DNA of 64,000 nt from NCBI RefSeq assembly GCF_009914755.1, contig NC_060932.1, one strand, 5' to 3'. Of this stretch, positions 29,975 through 46,360 are shown in pieces. Made by a program: the position numbers and the translations under genes. The number at the start of each line of letters is the position of its first letter. Positions within the stretch are counted from its first letter, which is position 1. The DNA is from the human T2T-CHM13v2.0 reference genome, Homo sapiens. The notes under the pieces are model-generated. The model did not search any database, was not told the DNA's origin, and saw only the letters and a list, made by a program, of their open reading frames with translations.

Positions 29975-30292
29975 TTTTTTGTTTTTATTTTTTGAGATAG
30001 GGTCTTGCTCTGTGGCCTGTGGCCCAGGCTGAAGTGTGGTGATGCAATCATGGCTCAATGAAATCTCTGTCTCCCGGGCTCAAGTGATCTTCCCACCTCA
30101 GCCTCCCGAGTAGCTGGGACTACATGTGCATGCCACTATACCTGGCTTATTTTTTTTTTTTTTTTTTTTTGGTAGAGACAAGGTTACACCATGTTGCCCA
30201 GGCTGGTCTCGAATACCTGGGCTCAAGTGGTCCTCTTGCCTTGGCCCTCCCAAAGCACTGGGATTACAAGAGTGAACCACTGCACCCAGACC
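29975..30292 (-). mobile_element. AluJ within an old L1ME-type relic (about 29085-30450)
   Basis: Antisense Alu dimer; flanks show degraded antisense L1 3' UTR sequence. Confidence 0.9.
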
Positions 30293-31463
30293 ATTGTTTT
30301 TATAATATTGTTTTAAAATAGTTCAATAGTATTTTATTTTATGGATACATCACAATTGATTTAACTCGTATCCTAGTAATAGTTTTTTTGCTGTTAGAGA
30401 TAATGCTAAGATAATGTAATAATGTCTATTTGCTCATATGTATTTGTCCAGTGAGTTCTGAGAACACATTTTCAGAAGGGGAAAATTGCTGGGCACTGCA
30501 TGTATTGTCAGTGTCTCCTCTTTGCCTCACCCCGCATCACCTCCTGTTTTCACAAATTTCATTTCTTTTAGGGCACTTTGTGTTTGTGTTTATTTCCCAA
30601 CTATGTCAGGGGCCTGTTATACTGTGAGTAGAACAAAGAAAAAGATGCAAATTCCCTGGACAAAATGCAAACGTTTCTTCTTCCACTGTCCATATTGAAA
30701 CACTCGTCTTCTTCACAATCCTTTAAAGGCTGCTGTTCGGCCAGGCCCCAGCCAGGTATCTAGCCAGGGGCTGACTGCAGCCAGATCTCACAGGCCCTCT
30801 GACAGTGCTTTCTCTTCTGGTTTGAACTCTTCTGTCTCAAAACACGCATTGTCTTCCAGCACCTGTAGTGCACTTGGCATCCGGGACACTTGATGATCTG
30901 AATTTACTTCTTCACATTCCAGTAAGGCATTGATGGGCTCTTTGGATTCCCCAGTGTAGGTAACGCTCAGCAGAACTCTCTGATCACTTCCTCTCCGCTC
31001 TTCTGGTAGTCCGTGCTCTGTCCTGCTTTTTAAAGCCTGATTTGGTGAGAACGGATCATTTGGGGTTGGATGTGGTGGATGAGGGGCAGGCTAGAGGGGC
31101 CAGAAGAGCCACCAGAGAGATGATTTTCTTCTTGGCCCTGTTTTTACAATTTACTCACTCTTTCAACCCACCCAGAGGATAGACAGGGAATGCAGGGGAA
31201 AAAAACTTCTGACCTTCAAGCCAGGAGGCATCTCTAGTGAATGTATGAAAATGGAGTTTGGCCTCATGGGTGGAAATGTGGTTTGGAGAATCTCAGAGAG
31301 GCTAGTGAAACTGTGAACGCTGAATAAGCAGAAAACTTGAGACCACTTCTGGAATAGCGGGCACGTCTGGGTTTATTACCCAGTTTATTCTCCTTCCTCC
31401 CTCAGGTGACAGATGATAAGATCAAACGGGATGACATTTATTTGCTTTGAAAATAAGTTAGAG

Positions 31464-31819
<356 letters not shown>

Positions 31820-31878
31820 TCATCAGACTATCCCTAACCCTTATCAAAATAGGTAATTAGAAAATTGACTATGCATGT

Positions 31879-32245
31879 CATGGAATACTATGCAGCCATA
31901 AAAAATGATGAGTTGTCCTTTGTAGGGACATGGATGAAGCTGGAAACCATCATTCTCAGCAAACTATCGCAAGGACAAAAAAACCAAACACCGCATGTTC
32001 TCACTCATAGGTGGGAATTGAACAACGAGAACACATGGACACAGGAAGGGGAACATCACACACTGGGGATGGTTGTGGGGTGGGGGGAGAGGGGAGGGAT
32101 AGCATTAGGAGATATACCTAATGCTAAATGACGAGTTAATGGGTGCAGCACACCAACATGGCACATGTATACATATGTAACAAACCTGCACATTGTGCAC
32201 ATGTACCCTAAAACTTAAAGTATAATAATAATAAAATAAAAAAAA
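31879..32245 (+). mobile_element. 5'-truncated L1PA3/L1PA4
   Basis: End of ORF2 (MEYYAAIKNDE...SFVGTWMKLETIILSKLSQGQK), L1PA 3' UTR and A-tail; TSD agaaaattgactatgcatgt (31859-31878) versus agaaaatcgacaatgcatgt (32246-32265). Confidence 0.95.
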
Positions 32246-33177
32246 AGAAAATCGACAATGCATGTGTAGATAGCTACTGGAAAAATACATTGTCAAGATG
32301 CATATTACGTATCAAGCCGTCTTGGGAGGCCAGTATAAGAATGTCTAGAAATTGGTCACTTTATTTGAAACAAAGTTGTTCAATTTTAAAACTTTCCAAT
32401 TCCTCCCAGTTATCCTATTTATAGATATTTTTCTTTAAAAAGTAAATTCTTCCTCTCCAAAGGGTGACAGGCCTAAAGTTGTGGAGAGAGTGGGTGCAGA
32501 GAGGATTGTGGGGTGAGCTCTGATCATCTCTACCTAAGAGATGAGAAATTGAAGTAGGAACATTTACGGTCCTTGATATGAGAATTTAAGCCAGACTGCT
32601 TCCTTCTGGGACAGTGGACACTTGAACATATAACCAGCACCCTTTCCTGTTGTATTCCCAGCACTAATAGATTCATGAGGCTCACCGCTCACCTTTGAGT
32701 GGAGAGAATCCAGGAATGGTCAGCGTGATCAAGCAGTCCTGGGGATTTCCCACACGTAGGGGAGAGATGAGAGCTGGGGACTCTGCTGAAACCCTTCATT
32801 CACCCTGGGCCAGAGGCTCCTGTTTTGTAGATTCTTCACTTTGCTTTGCTTAAACAAATTTTACCTGCTTGGCAGGTCTCTACCTCTGGCATCTCTCCTT
32901 AGGAGCTCTGGGTAATAACAGCTGTCAGCACCATCAGCTCGTGCTGTCAGCTGCTGAGTGGTCAGAGCAGCTGACTCTGGGAACAGGTCCACACCTGTGT
33001 TTCTGAGGTGAGGCTGGAATGAGGTATGGGGAGGAAAGGGCAGAGACATAGGGGAGGCAAACTCAGGGGCGGGGTGTGGGGTGAAGTTCAACTTTGGTAT
33101 TCCAAACCAGAAGAGTCAATGAGGACTTCACTAATTAAGCCATGAATTAAAACCAAAGTAAGAAATGGGGACTGCAT

Positions 33178-33330
33178 GGCCAGAAGCAGAGGCACGTGCG
33201 TGTAGTCCCAGCTACTTGGGAGGCTGAGGTGGGAGGATTGCTTGAGGCCAGGATTTAGAAGCTGCGTTGAACCACGATCATGCCAATGCACTCCAGCCTG
33301 GGCAATAGAACAAGACATGATCTCTAAAAA
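33178..33330 (+). mobile_element. Free Alu monomer (FRAM/FAM-like)
   Basis: Single arm tgtagtcccagctacttgggaggctgaggtgggaggattgcttgagg...cactccagcctgggcaa. Confidence 0.85.
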
Positions 33331-34383
33331 ACGGTGGAGGGGGGATTGTACTTGTTAATGATCAGATGCTAAAACAAGACCCGTTTGAAGGCTGTAAGCA
33401 TTTCAGAGTCCCAGGGCCTAAACAGGGTATCTAGAGTGATGTAAACCATTTTTGCATTTTGAAATGGAGTAGGTCTGGTACCTTATTAGTTAAAGACTTT
33501 TCAGAGCTTGATTCTATCTTGTCTAATGGTTTCTGCTCCCTATCCACTATTGGCTGGAATGGGAGCCTGGAACCTTTTTATTTTCATCCCTCTTCACTCA
33601 GGTAGAATGATGTGCTGCAAATGCTGGTTCTGCCTCGTAAGGCTGGGGGAGTGGCGCTCCCGTAAGCCTTCTTTTCCCCTTATTCAGGGCCTGTTGTGAA
33701 CTTCAAGGGAAGTACAGTCTAGCACTCAATCTACCAAAGGCTGGTTTTGTTTCATCACTCACTGGGAGTCCTAGAAACCTCTGGACCCTTTCATAATGCC
33801 CAAATCTCTTTCACAATTCCATAATTAAGTCTCCCAGCACTGAGGACTCTGTCTTTATTCTTAAGACTTTATTTTATACCTGGAAGTCTTTAAATAATTT
33901 CTCACCCTAGATACCCACCCAAAAAGCTTTGGGGAACTTTCAGAATTGGTTTAACTGCGTATGCTGGATCTTTTGTTAAATGCCTTGCAGGGAAACAGGA
34001 TTGAACAAATATGAGGAAAGTGTTTTAGAAACAATTTGCCAGATGGCTCTTCTCTGCTTGTCATATTAGCTTGGTTTCGTGACTTATGAGTAAATTTCCT
34101 TGTACAATTCCCACCGGAGCTACAGAGTTAGCAAGAGCATGTCAGAGGAGTATCTAAATAAATCCTAAGCCAAGGGGAGTTTTCAATCATAAAACTTCTT
34201 GGTGACTTTAATCACATAGAAGAACCTCACAGGGCTTCGAAGGAGAGCATTTATGAAATAACCCAAAAGCCTGTGCAGGAACCAAGACTGCCTCTCCACC
34301 GCAAAAACAAATGGAAACCAGTTCGAACACAACTTACAGTTGAATCTCTCTCCCTCACTTGTAGTTAATTTTACTTCTTTCAG

Positions 34384-34607
34384 CACTGGCGTTAGATCTA
34401 CCAAAATAGTATGTATGACACTGGCTTTTCTCAGGCTGCATGGATCACAACCAGGAAGGGAAAATGCCAAAAGTTTCTCAAGGCAAAATATTTTCTTCAT
34501 TTTCCATATGGAGAAGTTGGAAATGGCTTTTCAACTCGTATAAGGAAAGTACGTTTCTGTGGCTACTACCGTCTGATGAAAACGGTGGAGAGAATCCTTC
34601 CCCAAGA
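34384..34607 (+). pseudogene. Candidate exon of an unidentified decayed gene or lncRNA
   Basis: Acceptor ttttacttctttcag| and donor AGA|gtaaga; one stop in 74 codons (HWR*IYQNSMYDTGFSQAAW...GYYRLMKTVERILPQ); non-repeat sequence. Confidence 0.35.
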
Positions 34608-34974
34608 GTAAGAAATACTTCCATTTTAAGGTCTCCTACTTGATTGCAAAATGATTATTGATTTTAGAGTTGATTTTTCCACCTCTGAAACTGAGTACAC
34701 AGTAAAACTTCACTCTCCAAAGTCCTTGCTAGCAGGTGCTGTTTCTGTGCTTGCAGGTGGGAGTGGGGCAGAGGAAAGAGAGATACAGTCTATCTAATAA
34801 AGTCCAAGTCTGTTCATAGATAAACTCTTCTGTGCCCTGCTATTGTTGGTGATTCTATTTAAATGGAAATGAATGGGAGTAGTATATGTTCTTTCTTAGT
34901 TCAGTTCGGTAGGTTAATGTTGCTTAAGTGCTTGAGTTTTTCTAAAACAAACTAACAAGAGAATTAAACCTGGA

Positions 34975-35125
34975 AGTTAAGAGACCTGGGTCCTATCTGG
35001 TTCTAGCTCTGCCATTGATTTAGTTTGTGACTTGAACACTCTGATCCTTTTTTTTTTCCATCTGTGAAATGGGGTTTTAGGGGAATGGTTAGATTTGACA
35101 ATTTTTAAGATTCCGTCTGCTTGGG
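34975..35125 (+). mobile_element. MIR3-like SINE
   Basis: gagacctgggtc...ttctagctctgccatt...catctgtgaaatgggg. Confidence 0.65.
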
Positions 35126-35208
35126 TTATAGAATGATTATTCTCCTTTTTAGTCCTTTTTACATTATACCTTATTAGCACTGACCTCCTTTCTTGAGTGG
35201 CTGCATAG

Positions 35209-35603
<395 letters not shown>

Positions 35604-35905
35604 CTGTTAGAGATTATTTGTATATGTTCTGGGTATGTTATAGGGCCACCAACTGAATAGACCTCCAAAATTATCACTCTTTTTGCCATTGATGAGCCAA
35701 TTATGAATAAGACCTTGAATTTCTAAGCAATCATCATAGTGGGCAAGGCTATTCACTCCACTGTCTTCCTCACTCCACCATCTTCCTCACTCCACCATCT
35801 TCCCACTTGCTTGTTCAGGCTGCTTGGAATCTCTCTCCCTATGACGTTATGTCATTGCCTCTTTTGTATCAGGTTCCTAGCCAAAATGTGCACTCCTTGC
35901 ATTAG

Positions 35906-36822
<917 letters not shown>

Positions 36823-37309
36823 GATTTTCCCTGAAGCTTTTGGATAATGAGACTCATATATACAGAGGCTGCCTCATCTCCTTTGGGAGTCCAGGTTTAT
36901 GCTATTGTTGTGTTGCTGGAGGGGAGCTGACTGGGGGGACTTGTGGAATGACCGTCTGGGAGTAGAAAGACACTGAGGGAGGACACGGAGTGAGATGGGG
37001 GCAGGAGACTGCCAACTGCCTTTCGCTGAGGGACACGAGGCTCCCAAAAAAGTTTAAATCCCTTTATCGGGTTGCATCTGGCCCTTTCTCAATTTGTGCA
37101 ACAGATTTCCATTCCACAGTTGTTTGCAGCCTGAAAGCTGTGGAAGAACTGGAAACACTTTCAAGTACTAGTTGCCTGTCTGGGTGACAGATTCTCCTGA
37201 GATCCTGGAGGAAACTGCAAACAGGGCCATGAGCCTCACCCACTGCAGATGCCATTTTCCAGGACTGCATTCCCAAAATCTGGCTGGAAAAAGGGCCTTC
37301 CACCAATGA

Positions 37310-37830
<521 letters not shown>

Positions 37831-38659
37831 TGACATCTCTTTCTTTTAAATCTGTTTCTAAGTCACTAGTTGGTTAATTGTGGTAACATGCACAACACCT
37901 CCCCTGTCAACTGCAAGTAGGCAGTGTACAGACTCGTCATTTTTATTAAGAATAATTATCAGAGAACAAAACATCCCCACACATCAATGCCAGTTTTCAC
38001 TTATAGGGATGTTATTGAAGAATTTTAGAATAATGCAGAGATTTCCTAAAAGTGATGGCAAAAATAACACTGGTAAAATGACATAGCGTGCTATAAGTAT
38101 TGAGTGAGTGAAAATAAATTTTTTTCAAAGGTTTGTAAAATACGAAGGCTAGGATAATAACATGTAAGTAACAAACCCAGCCTTTGGGATCAGTTTTAAT
38201 AGTCTTAAATTTGGAAGATTTGGTGGAGGGTTTGATAATTGGGCAAGGTTTCTTGGAGGGCTTGATGGTATGGTTCTGATTTTTTGTGTGCTGATATCTC
38301 TGATGAATACTATCATATGGGGTAATATTATTCCTTTTGAATTATTCGCCTGACTGACTTTTCAACTGGGTGTGATTCCTCTCTACTGCTAACATCTCAG
38401 CCTTTTCTATGTACTTTTGCATTCATCTTATAATGTTAGTATCTTCTTTCCCCTATTAATTTAAAACTCTATTGAGGGCAAGACTTAAAGCTTACTTATC
38501 TCTACAGCTCCTGCATAATTTAGCATAGAGATAGAAATTCAGAATTGACTCATATAGCCAAGTTCCCCTGAAATCAAAAATAAGGAGTAAAAAAATAAAT
38601 TCATGAGAGAGTGATTTATAAATCAGAATACCAATTTATGATCAGAGTTTATGCTCATA

Positions 38660-39182
38660 CTGCTTGTCAACTATTTCTGGTTCTTTCTACTTCTGGGCAC
38701 ATTTTCAGATTGTACCTCTCGGCCCCCATGTAGTTGGGCAGAGGATACACACAACAGGGTCTTGACATTAAGTTGTGAGTAGAAATGTGATATGTCACAT
38801 CTGGGCTACAGCGAAGGTGACCAAGTGTCCTAGTTTCCTGAGACTGAGGGGTTTCCCAGGATGTGAGAATTACAGTGCTAAATCAGGACAGTCCCCAGCA
38901 AGCTAAGCCAATTGTCACATTAGCTGGAACATTTAATTGCTGGTTCAAGACCCTCCACAACTCACTCTGTTTCCTTCCGGCACAGAAACTGACAACATTT
39001 GAGGTAGTGAGTACCCTATCATCCTAGGTCCCTGGATCATTACAATGAGCATAGACTGCCTACTCATGAACCTATAATGGACATGTAAGCATTAGCAGTA
39101 ATTAAAACTTTATTCCAGTATAGCATGTAGATTTTAGAATTTTTGTTATTGCAACAGAACCTAGTTGATCCTAACCGATACA
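38660..39182 (+). mobile_element. MLT1H/I-type MaLR LTR interrupted by MER81
   Basis: gtgagtagaaatgtgatatgtcac...catttaattgctggt...atggacatgtaagca...gttattgcaacagaacctag...cctaaccgataca. Confidence 0.7.
38815..38922 (-). mobile_element. MER81 hAT-Blackjack MITE
   Basis: aggtgaccaa...gactgaggggtttcccaggat...cagtgctaaa...ggacagtccc...gtcac; degraded TIRs. Confidence 0.7.
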
Positions 39183-39749
39183 TGAATATAGGTAACAATT
39201 GATCTGATATGCAGTGGTGAATAAGTGCTTCTTTTTTTCTTCATCTTCTAATGGGAAAGTTTGCTTAGAAAATCAAAGAATATGGGAAGATCACTCAGTG
39301 AAATCATAAGCAGAACAAAAAGAGTTGGATAATATTAGCATGTTTTCATCAATCTGTGCTAGGTTTATCCTTCATTCTCTTCTCTACACAGCTATATATG
39401 TCAAGCAGACTGGGTCAGGGACTGTCTCCTATTAATGGTGTTGGAGAAGAATGGGCCAATCAGTACGTCCAGATTTTTCCCTTCAATACTCAACTTCATC
39501 ATATTATTTTATTTTCACAATTAAAAATTACAATTCTAAGCTAATAATGTGCTTAGCAATGTTTCCATTTTACGTAAGTTTCCTAGTGACATCTAGGAAG
39601 GGCCTATTAGTCTCATCCATAAGTTTTTCCTCATTCACATTTCTGGGGGGCGATTTCATTTATTAGTTCAACAAATAGTTGTTAATGCCTATTTCTGCCA
39701 GGTATAAACAAGGCAGGTAAGATCCCTGACCTATTGGAGTTCGTATTTC

Positions 39750-40180
39750 TCTGAGTTGGTTTAGGGTTAGCTATAGTAATTGAGACTCAGCAATAATTTG
39801 GTGGTTAAAGTTAGAACTGTGTTCCTCTCTCATATAATAGTCCAAAGAGACACTCCAGTTGGCAGGCAGCTCTGCTCCACACCAGCTATCAAGGACCCAG
39901 TTTCCTTCTACTGGGTTACTCCACCATCAACTATGGTCTTGTCATTGCTACATGGTTGAAGCTTGGGTGGTGAGTAGGTTTGCTGGTAGGAAAGACAAAA
40001 TAATTCAGAAAAGGCATGGCCACTTTCTAACGCTCAAGCCTAGAAGTGACACATGTCATTTCCATTCACAGTCTGTTGGGTGAGAACTGAGTCACATGAC
40101 ACTCTGAACCATAAGGGAGTCTGGGAAATGCGGTTGGCTTCTGTGCCCAGACACCAGTATGAAATGGTAGGCAGTGAACA
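39750..40180 (-). mobile_element. Old MLT1 (J/K/L-type) LTR
   Basis: ctctgctccaca...caaggacccag...gaagtgacacat...gtcacatgac...aagggagtctgggaaatg. Confidence 0.65.
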
Positions 40181-41989
40181 ACCTCAATTACAACATTCTG
40201 ATGGGAGACATAATAGCTTATTACCTGCTTCTCTGCATACAAACCTCTTCCTGTCACTGTGGGGTGAAGGATACTAAAGAAAAAAAAGGATTATCTCTTC
40301 CATAAGGAATCTGCATCTTATTAGAAGAAATACTCTCTGTGTGGATACAGACACAAAGCTACAAGTATGACAGAGAATGCTGTAAATGCAAGCAAATGCC
40401 CAAAGCACAAAACACACAGAGTTCAAAGGGCAAAGGGTTATAACATGCTATGATGGCCCTGTGGGACAGTAACCCTCCTAGACCCTTTCCTGTGCAACAT
40501 TAGCTCTGCTCTATTGCTGTTCATGCCTTTCATCATTCTCTGCGCAATATCAACTCACCTATATTTTGTCTGCACTGAGAAACAAATCCTCTCTCTGTCA
40601 CCCCCCTATGGAACGTTCGACACCTTTATAATGTTCCCCATCAGTAGGGTGAAGGAGGGGTCCTTCTTTAAATTGGGGCTGCAGGCATAAGCCATGATTG
40701 TACCTGGCAAATGGATTGTATGGTCACACTACCAAGGGATATGACGCTGGGATGTCACTGGCTCCTAATGGAGGAATCACCTGGGATTCCGCCCCTTCTC
40801 CCTTGTACCGGTTGTGCCTTCTCAACAGGTTTCCTACAGGTAGCTGACTCATAGCTTATAGATTCATGTTAATTTCTATTAAAAAGAAATTTTTACTGGG
40901 ATTAGATATACTGGTTTTTTTTGGCTTGTGTGTGTGTGTCCTTAAGTCATTCAATTTACATTGAAATATTGAAGGTAGAACTTAACTTTTGGTCCTATAG
41001 TCTTTATATTTTTCAGTACAACAATGCCTCGTATAAATGACCTGAATTACTTCATTCTAATTTCTCTACTCATAAAATAAACAGGATATAACCTACTTAA
41101 ACAAAAACCGATCACACAAATGCAAGACATCTTAATTTTTTTTCTTAGTTATTGTTATTTGGTAGGGGTGGGGTGGGAATGAAGGTACAGGGAAAAAGGG
41201 AAAAGCTGTGGGAGTATAGTACATATTCTCATGGACTCCTTTCAGGAACAGAGTGGAAGAATTTACAGAACATATCAAGCAAGTTGGAATTTAGCCAATG
41301 TGCCTTGCTCTCTCTTTATATCGGTGGGAAAATGTTCATTTTGAACACAAGTGCCTTATATGCTGACATTTTTCACTGCTGTGGAATATAGGAAATGTGC
41401 TTTGTTTGTCATTTTAAAAAGTTATAAATTCTGTGACCTTGAGACCTTCAGCACAAAGATGTAGAAAAGCGAGAGTGGGAACTCCCAAGTCCCCTGAAGT
41501 CACTTGCTCAGTCCTTTAGGGGCTGAGATGCCTTCTTTGTGTCTGGGGAAGATGGCAGCTGATGTTAGTAGCCCTTGATTTTTAAATGCGACCAATGGGA
41601 TTTTTTTTTAAATCCCTGCATTCTCTTTGCAAAGCTTCCCAGGCTGTTTGGGGTTTTAGAAAAAGATGTTAAAACCAACAACTTTTTATTTGTTCAGAGT
41701 ACTCTTAACGACAGCTTACCCGTGATCCACTTAAATCCTAAATGATAAAATTCATTCCTTTATGTGAATGTATTGCTAGCTCTCTTATGGGATGTGGGGT
41801 ATAGGAGTTTAGGATAGAACTAGATGGAGCCCAAGATACCAGCTGTTACTTTGCTGGCTCTAAAAAGTCAACTGCTTTAGAGCCCAGAGGCATAGAATAT
41901 AAGAGTTTGAGTCCCTGGAAACTTTGAGTAGTGTTTACTCACCTACGAGACAGGCACCCTTTTTTCCACAATATGTGGACAATGATAAC

Positions 41990-42215
41990 AGATAAGAGTT
42001 GTTCAGTGCACCACGTAGTATGCACTGGGTTAATTTTTTTTATATCCTCTCATTTATACCTCACAAAAACTCTATAAGGAAGGCGTTATTATCCTTATTT
42101 CATGGATGAGGAAATAGAAACTTAAAGAGATTAAAAATCTTGCCCAAAGTCTCAGTTAAATAATTGGCTGCACCAGGAATTGGGTCCTCATCTATTTGAC
42201 TCCAAAGCCTTGCCT
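41990..42215 (-). mobile_element. MIR SINE
   Basis: cctcacaaaaactctataaggaaggcgttattatcc...gatgaggaaa...cttgcccaaagtc...tgactccaaagcc. Confidence 0.85.
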
Positions 42216-42679
42216 TTCATGGGTTTACTTTCCCAAATAGTGATAAAAAGGAAAGTGAGCCCAATTCTCGCAAATGCTATCAATACTTTGTGTGATGTAC
42301 TGGGGGACTGCACCTTCAAATAGTGCTAAACAATACGCTTTGCATTGCTTCTGCTTGTGGCATCCCTGGATTTCCTTTAGCCTTCCAAAGGGAGTTTACC
42401 TTAAGGGATATAAAGCAGTAAAATAAGCTGAATGTTTCTTTCTTTGGAGGGAGTGTTGAGTGGATATCAACTGGCAGTGAAGGGTTGCAGATGACCTTGT
42501 TCAAGGTTGGAACTTCTCCATCAGCAGTGGGCCACGGAAGATCCTATGGTTGGTATGGTTGACTGTGACCACTTCTTTTCTGGAAAAGCTTGACCTCAAT
42601 CCATCCAGATTAGGAAAAGTCTACTTTCTGAGGGGATCTTAGAGAATCTCCTGTACTGCGGGAATCAGATATTTACCTA

Positions 42680-43008
<329 letters not shown>

Positions 43009-43351
43009 TCAAGACAGCTAAAAAATTGTGGCTCTATTTGTTGAAGGATGCTAAATAAAAAATATTCAGAATATTCAGAATATCAAGCTATGGATTCAGG
43101 CTGGCAGATTCTTTAAAAAGAAATTATCTCTTTCTGGGCCAATTTCATATTGAGGTTAAGTCAGATATGACCAATGAATGGTCTGTGATATCCATCTATC
43201 CTGTCTGGGCAGAGTGAGTACTTGAAATAACTAATTCTGGTTATGGGATTAAAGTTACTTTTATTTTTTAAAGAATATTTAAAAATCTTTTCTATATTTG
43301 GTATGTGTTATTTTAACAATTATTAAAATAGAAGTATTATTAAAGATTTAC

Positions 43352-43642
<291 letters not shown>

Positions 43643-44005
43643 TTACATCTTCTCGATTCAAAACTAAAACCTCTTTGCCATATATTGGAAGTGGTGTGTG
43701 TGTGAATGTGAGATTGTGAGATCTCCCATTGTGATTATCATTTAGAAATGTTTCATTCACTAATAAATTGTCACCTACAACCTGACATTCACTACTTCTA
43801 AGACACGGACCACTGTGTCCTTATCCCACGAGTTGAGAACCATTCTGCTTTTTATACATTTTATTTATATATCGATTGCATAGGTAGTACTTCCACTTCA
43901 CTTGACATTCAGAAGGTACAAGAAGTTCCCTTCCTGGAAGCAAACAGTGTTATCAGTTTCTTATGTATTTTTCCAGAGACTTTTCTTGTTTATTTAAGCA
44001 AGCAA

Positions 44006-44039
44006 CGCCGCCCCCGCCCGCCGCCCCCCGCCCCCCCGC

Positions 44040-44073
<34 letters not shown>
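44006..44073. repeat. Compound low-complexity tract: C-rich/CCG, (CA)n and (GA)n
   Basis: cgccgcccccgcccgccgccccccgcccccccgccacacacacacagagagagag... Confidence 0.85.
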
Positions 44074-44074
<1 letters not shown>

Positions 44075-45954
44075 GCATGCAACAATTAGGGGTCAAAAGA
44101 AGAACAAAAAGACTGGAAATAAAGTGTATTTTGGCTTACTCTATGTTGGGCTGACCTAACTGCACTATCTTTTATCTTTTCCTTTGGGACTAGGACTTCT
44201 GACTTCTCACTCAGATTCTAATCTCTACCATTTTCTCCTCCCTTCCTCCCTCCCTCTTCCCTCTCTTTATCAGAGAGAAATAGCCACTCCTATTTATTTC
44301 TGATCTTATTTCTTCTTCCTCCTTCCCCTGCAATTGAATATTAGATGATAGAGTGGTACAGCAAGAGGCAAAACTGCAGAACAGATGGGGCAGAAGAGAA
44401 GGAGGGGGCAGGTTGACACGGCCTCCAGGAAGCCTGCCTAAGCACCTCCCAAGCTGTGCTCTGCAGCTCATAGACCATGGAACACGAATGTCCTTCAAGG
44501 AGGTGACTTTATGGCCTTTCGCCCTCCTACCTCTGTCGGGGCTCACAGACTTCCTCTTTCATGTCCCTGGCCCATGGCCCTGATGCATCATAGGTGTCCT
44601 GGGTGCCTTTGAACCTCCTCTCCATTTCACTCTTGGAAAAGGCATTCTGTAGCAATCAAAGGGAACCGGAAGCCAAAACCAGTGGCTGAGCGATCAGCCT
44701 GTTATTAATTTGTAGGATTATTAGTGACAGCAGGAATCACAGGGTTACAACTTTTTTCAAAAAGTAATTTGCCCTTCTCTCCCACAGCAGCTCGGTTTTA
44801 GTCTGAATTAAATGCTGTTCCTCCTACCCAGTTCCCCAGTGCAGTGAATCACAGACTCTGGGGAGGGAGGAAAGGGGGACCATGGCGACGATTTGGTCTG
44901 GTCCTCTCAATTCACAGGCCCACGCCACTCTCACTGATCTGATTTGAGACTTTTGTGCTTCGTGTCACTGTCAGGAAATGTATTTGGTTTTTCTTGAAAG
45001 AAAAAGTCCCCTGGACAAGGTCATCTGTCTGTTCCTGATGGGGTTTATCATTCAGCTTCAAATATAGTGACTCATAGTCACAGGTCGGATTAAGCCTACT
45101 CACTATCATTTATTAAAAAGGAGCTCCCACCCAGGGAGGCTGCCTGCCTCGTGTAAATCATGACCTCGGCGCCAGCCGAGTGCTGATGAAATCATTTCTA
45201 ATGACAAGAACTCAAAAATAGCTCAGGCTTGCTGCTTCTGTGGGTTTTTGTTGTTGTTGTTGTTGTTTGTTTTGGTTCTTAATCAGTCCTTTGCTAATAT
45301 TTCAGCCTTCAAATGAGGTACAGAACCTTTGGATATTGACCAAAATGTGCATGTTTCCCTCTCCTCCTGGAGATGGGCTAGATCTTCTAGAGCAGAGAAG
45401 GAGGATCCCCTTAACGGGGGGTGGAGGCTGACACCAGCATACGGCTTCGGAGCTGCCCTGTCTCTTCCACCTCCATGGTGGATGGAGTGTTCCAGTTGGA
45501 TCAGCCGGCCATGTCCTGTCATGGATTAGACCTGCTGACCTCACCAGTAATACCTCAAGGGCAGATCCCCCAATCAGGATCTGGTCTTCTGGTTGGAGTT
45601 TCAGAATCCAGATATTCTGATTTAGGCAAAGAGAAACATAATCATCACAATGGTCAAAAGTCTCAAGAGGATATTATCAATTTAGAATAAGAAATGCAAC
45701 CACAGGAGGACCAGCGGACAGTTCACTAACCAGCTCATCTTCTCCATGTAGACTTATATATGTGTGAAGCCAATTATAATTTTAGGAAGGGCCTTGGTAA
45801 AACTAGAATCAGAGGAAAAAGAGGTGGATTTAAAAATCTATATCCAGTTTTATTTACCCCTTCATTGTTCTCTAGTGTTTCCGTGTGTGTGTAGCAGACT
45901 TGCTTAAGTAAAAACAAAACCAAAGAAGCTTTACAGGTTATCTGTCACCTATTT

Positions 45955-46360
45955 CTTTATTTACTATTTATTATTATTTTCAAATAGTAATAATAAACAT
46001 GCCCATGCTAAAAAATTCAAATAGTACAAAGGGTATACAGTGAAAACAGAATCATACTTCCCCCTTTGTCTCCAGTTCTCCAATTCCTACCCGTAGTTCC
46101 TAATTTCTCATGCTTCATTACAGAGATATTCTATATGTGTGGAAACATACACGTGTGTCTGTTTCTTCCACTTGCATTTTATGTGTACATATGGCAATAC
46201 TCTGCATACACTGTTATATGTCTTACTTTTTTCACTTGACATTATATCTTGGGCATCTTTCCACGATATCTTACTTTTTCCATTGTAGGGATGTACCATA
46301 ATTTGATGGGCATGTCTGTGCTTACAATCTTTTGCTATTACAAAAAGTGCTGAAATGAAT
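45955..46360 (-). mobile_element. L1ME-type 3' end
   Basis: aaaattcaaatagtacaaagggtatacagtgaaaa...atgtaccataattt...tttgctattaca. Confidence 0.75.

Noticed and set aside
31865-32131. ORF with L1 ORF2 C-terminal similarity (also 47543-47815)
   Set aside because: Fragments of 5'-truncated L1 copies that cannot encode functional ORF2p.
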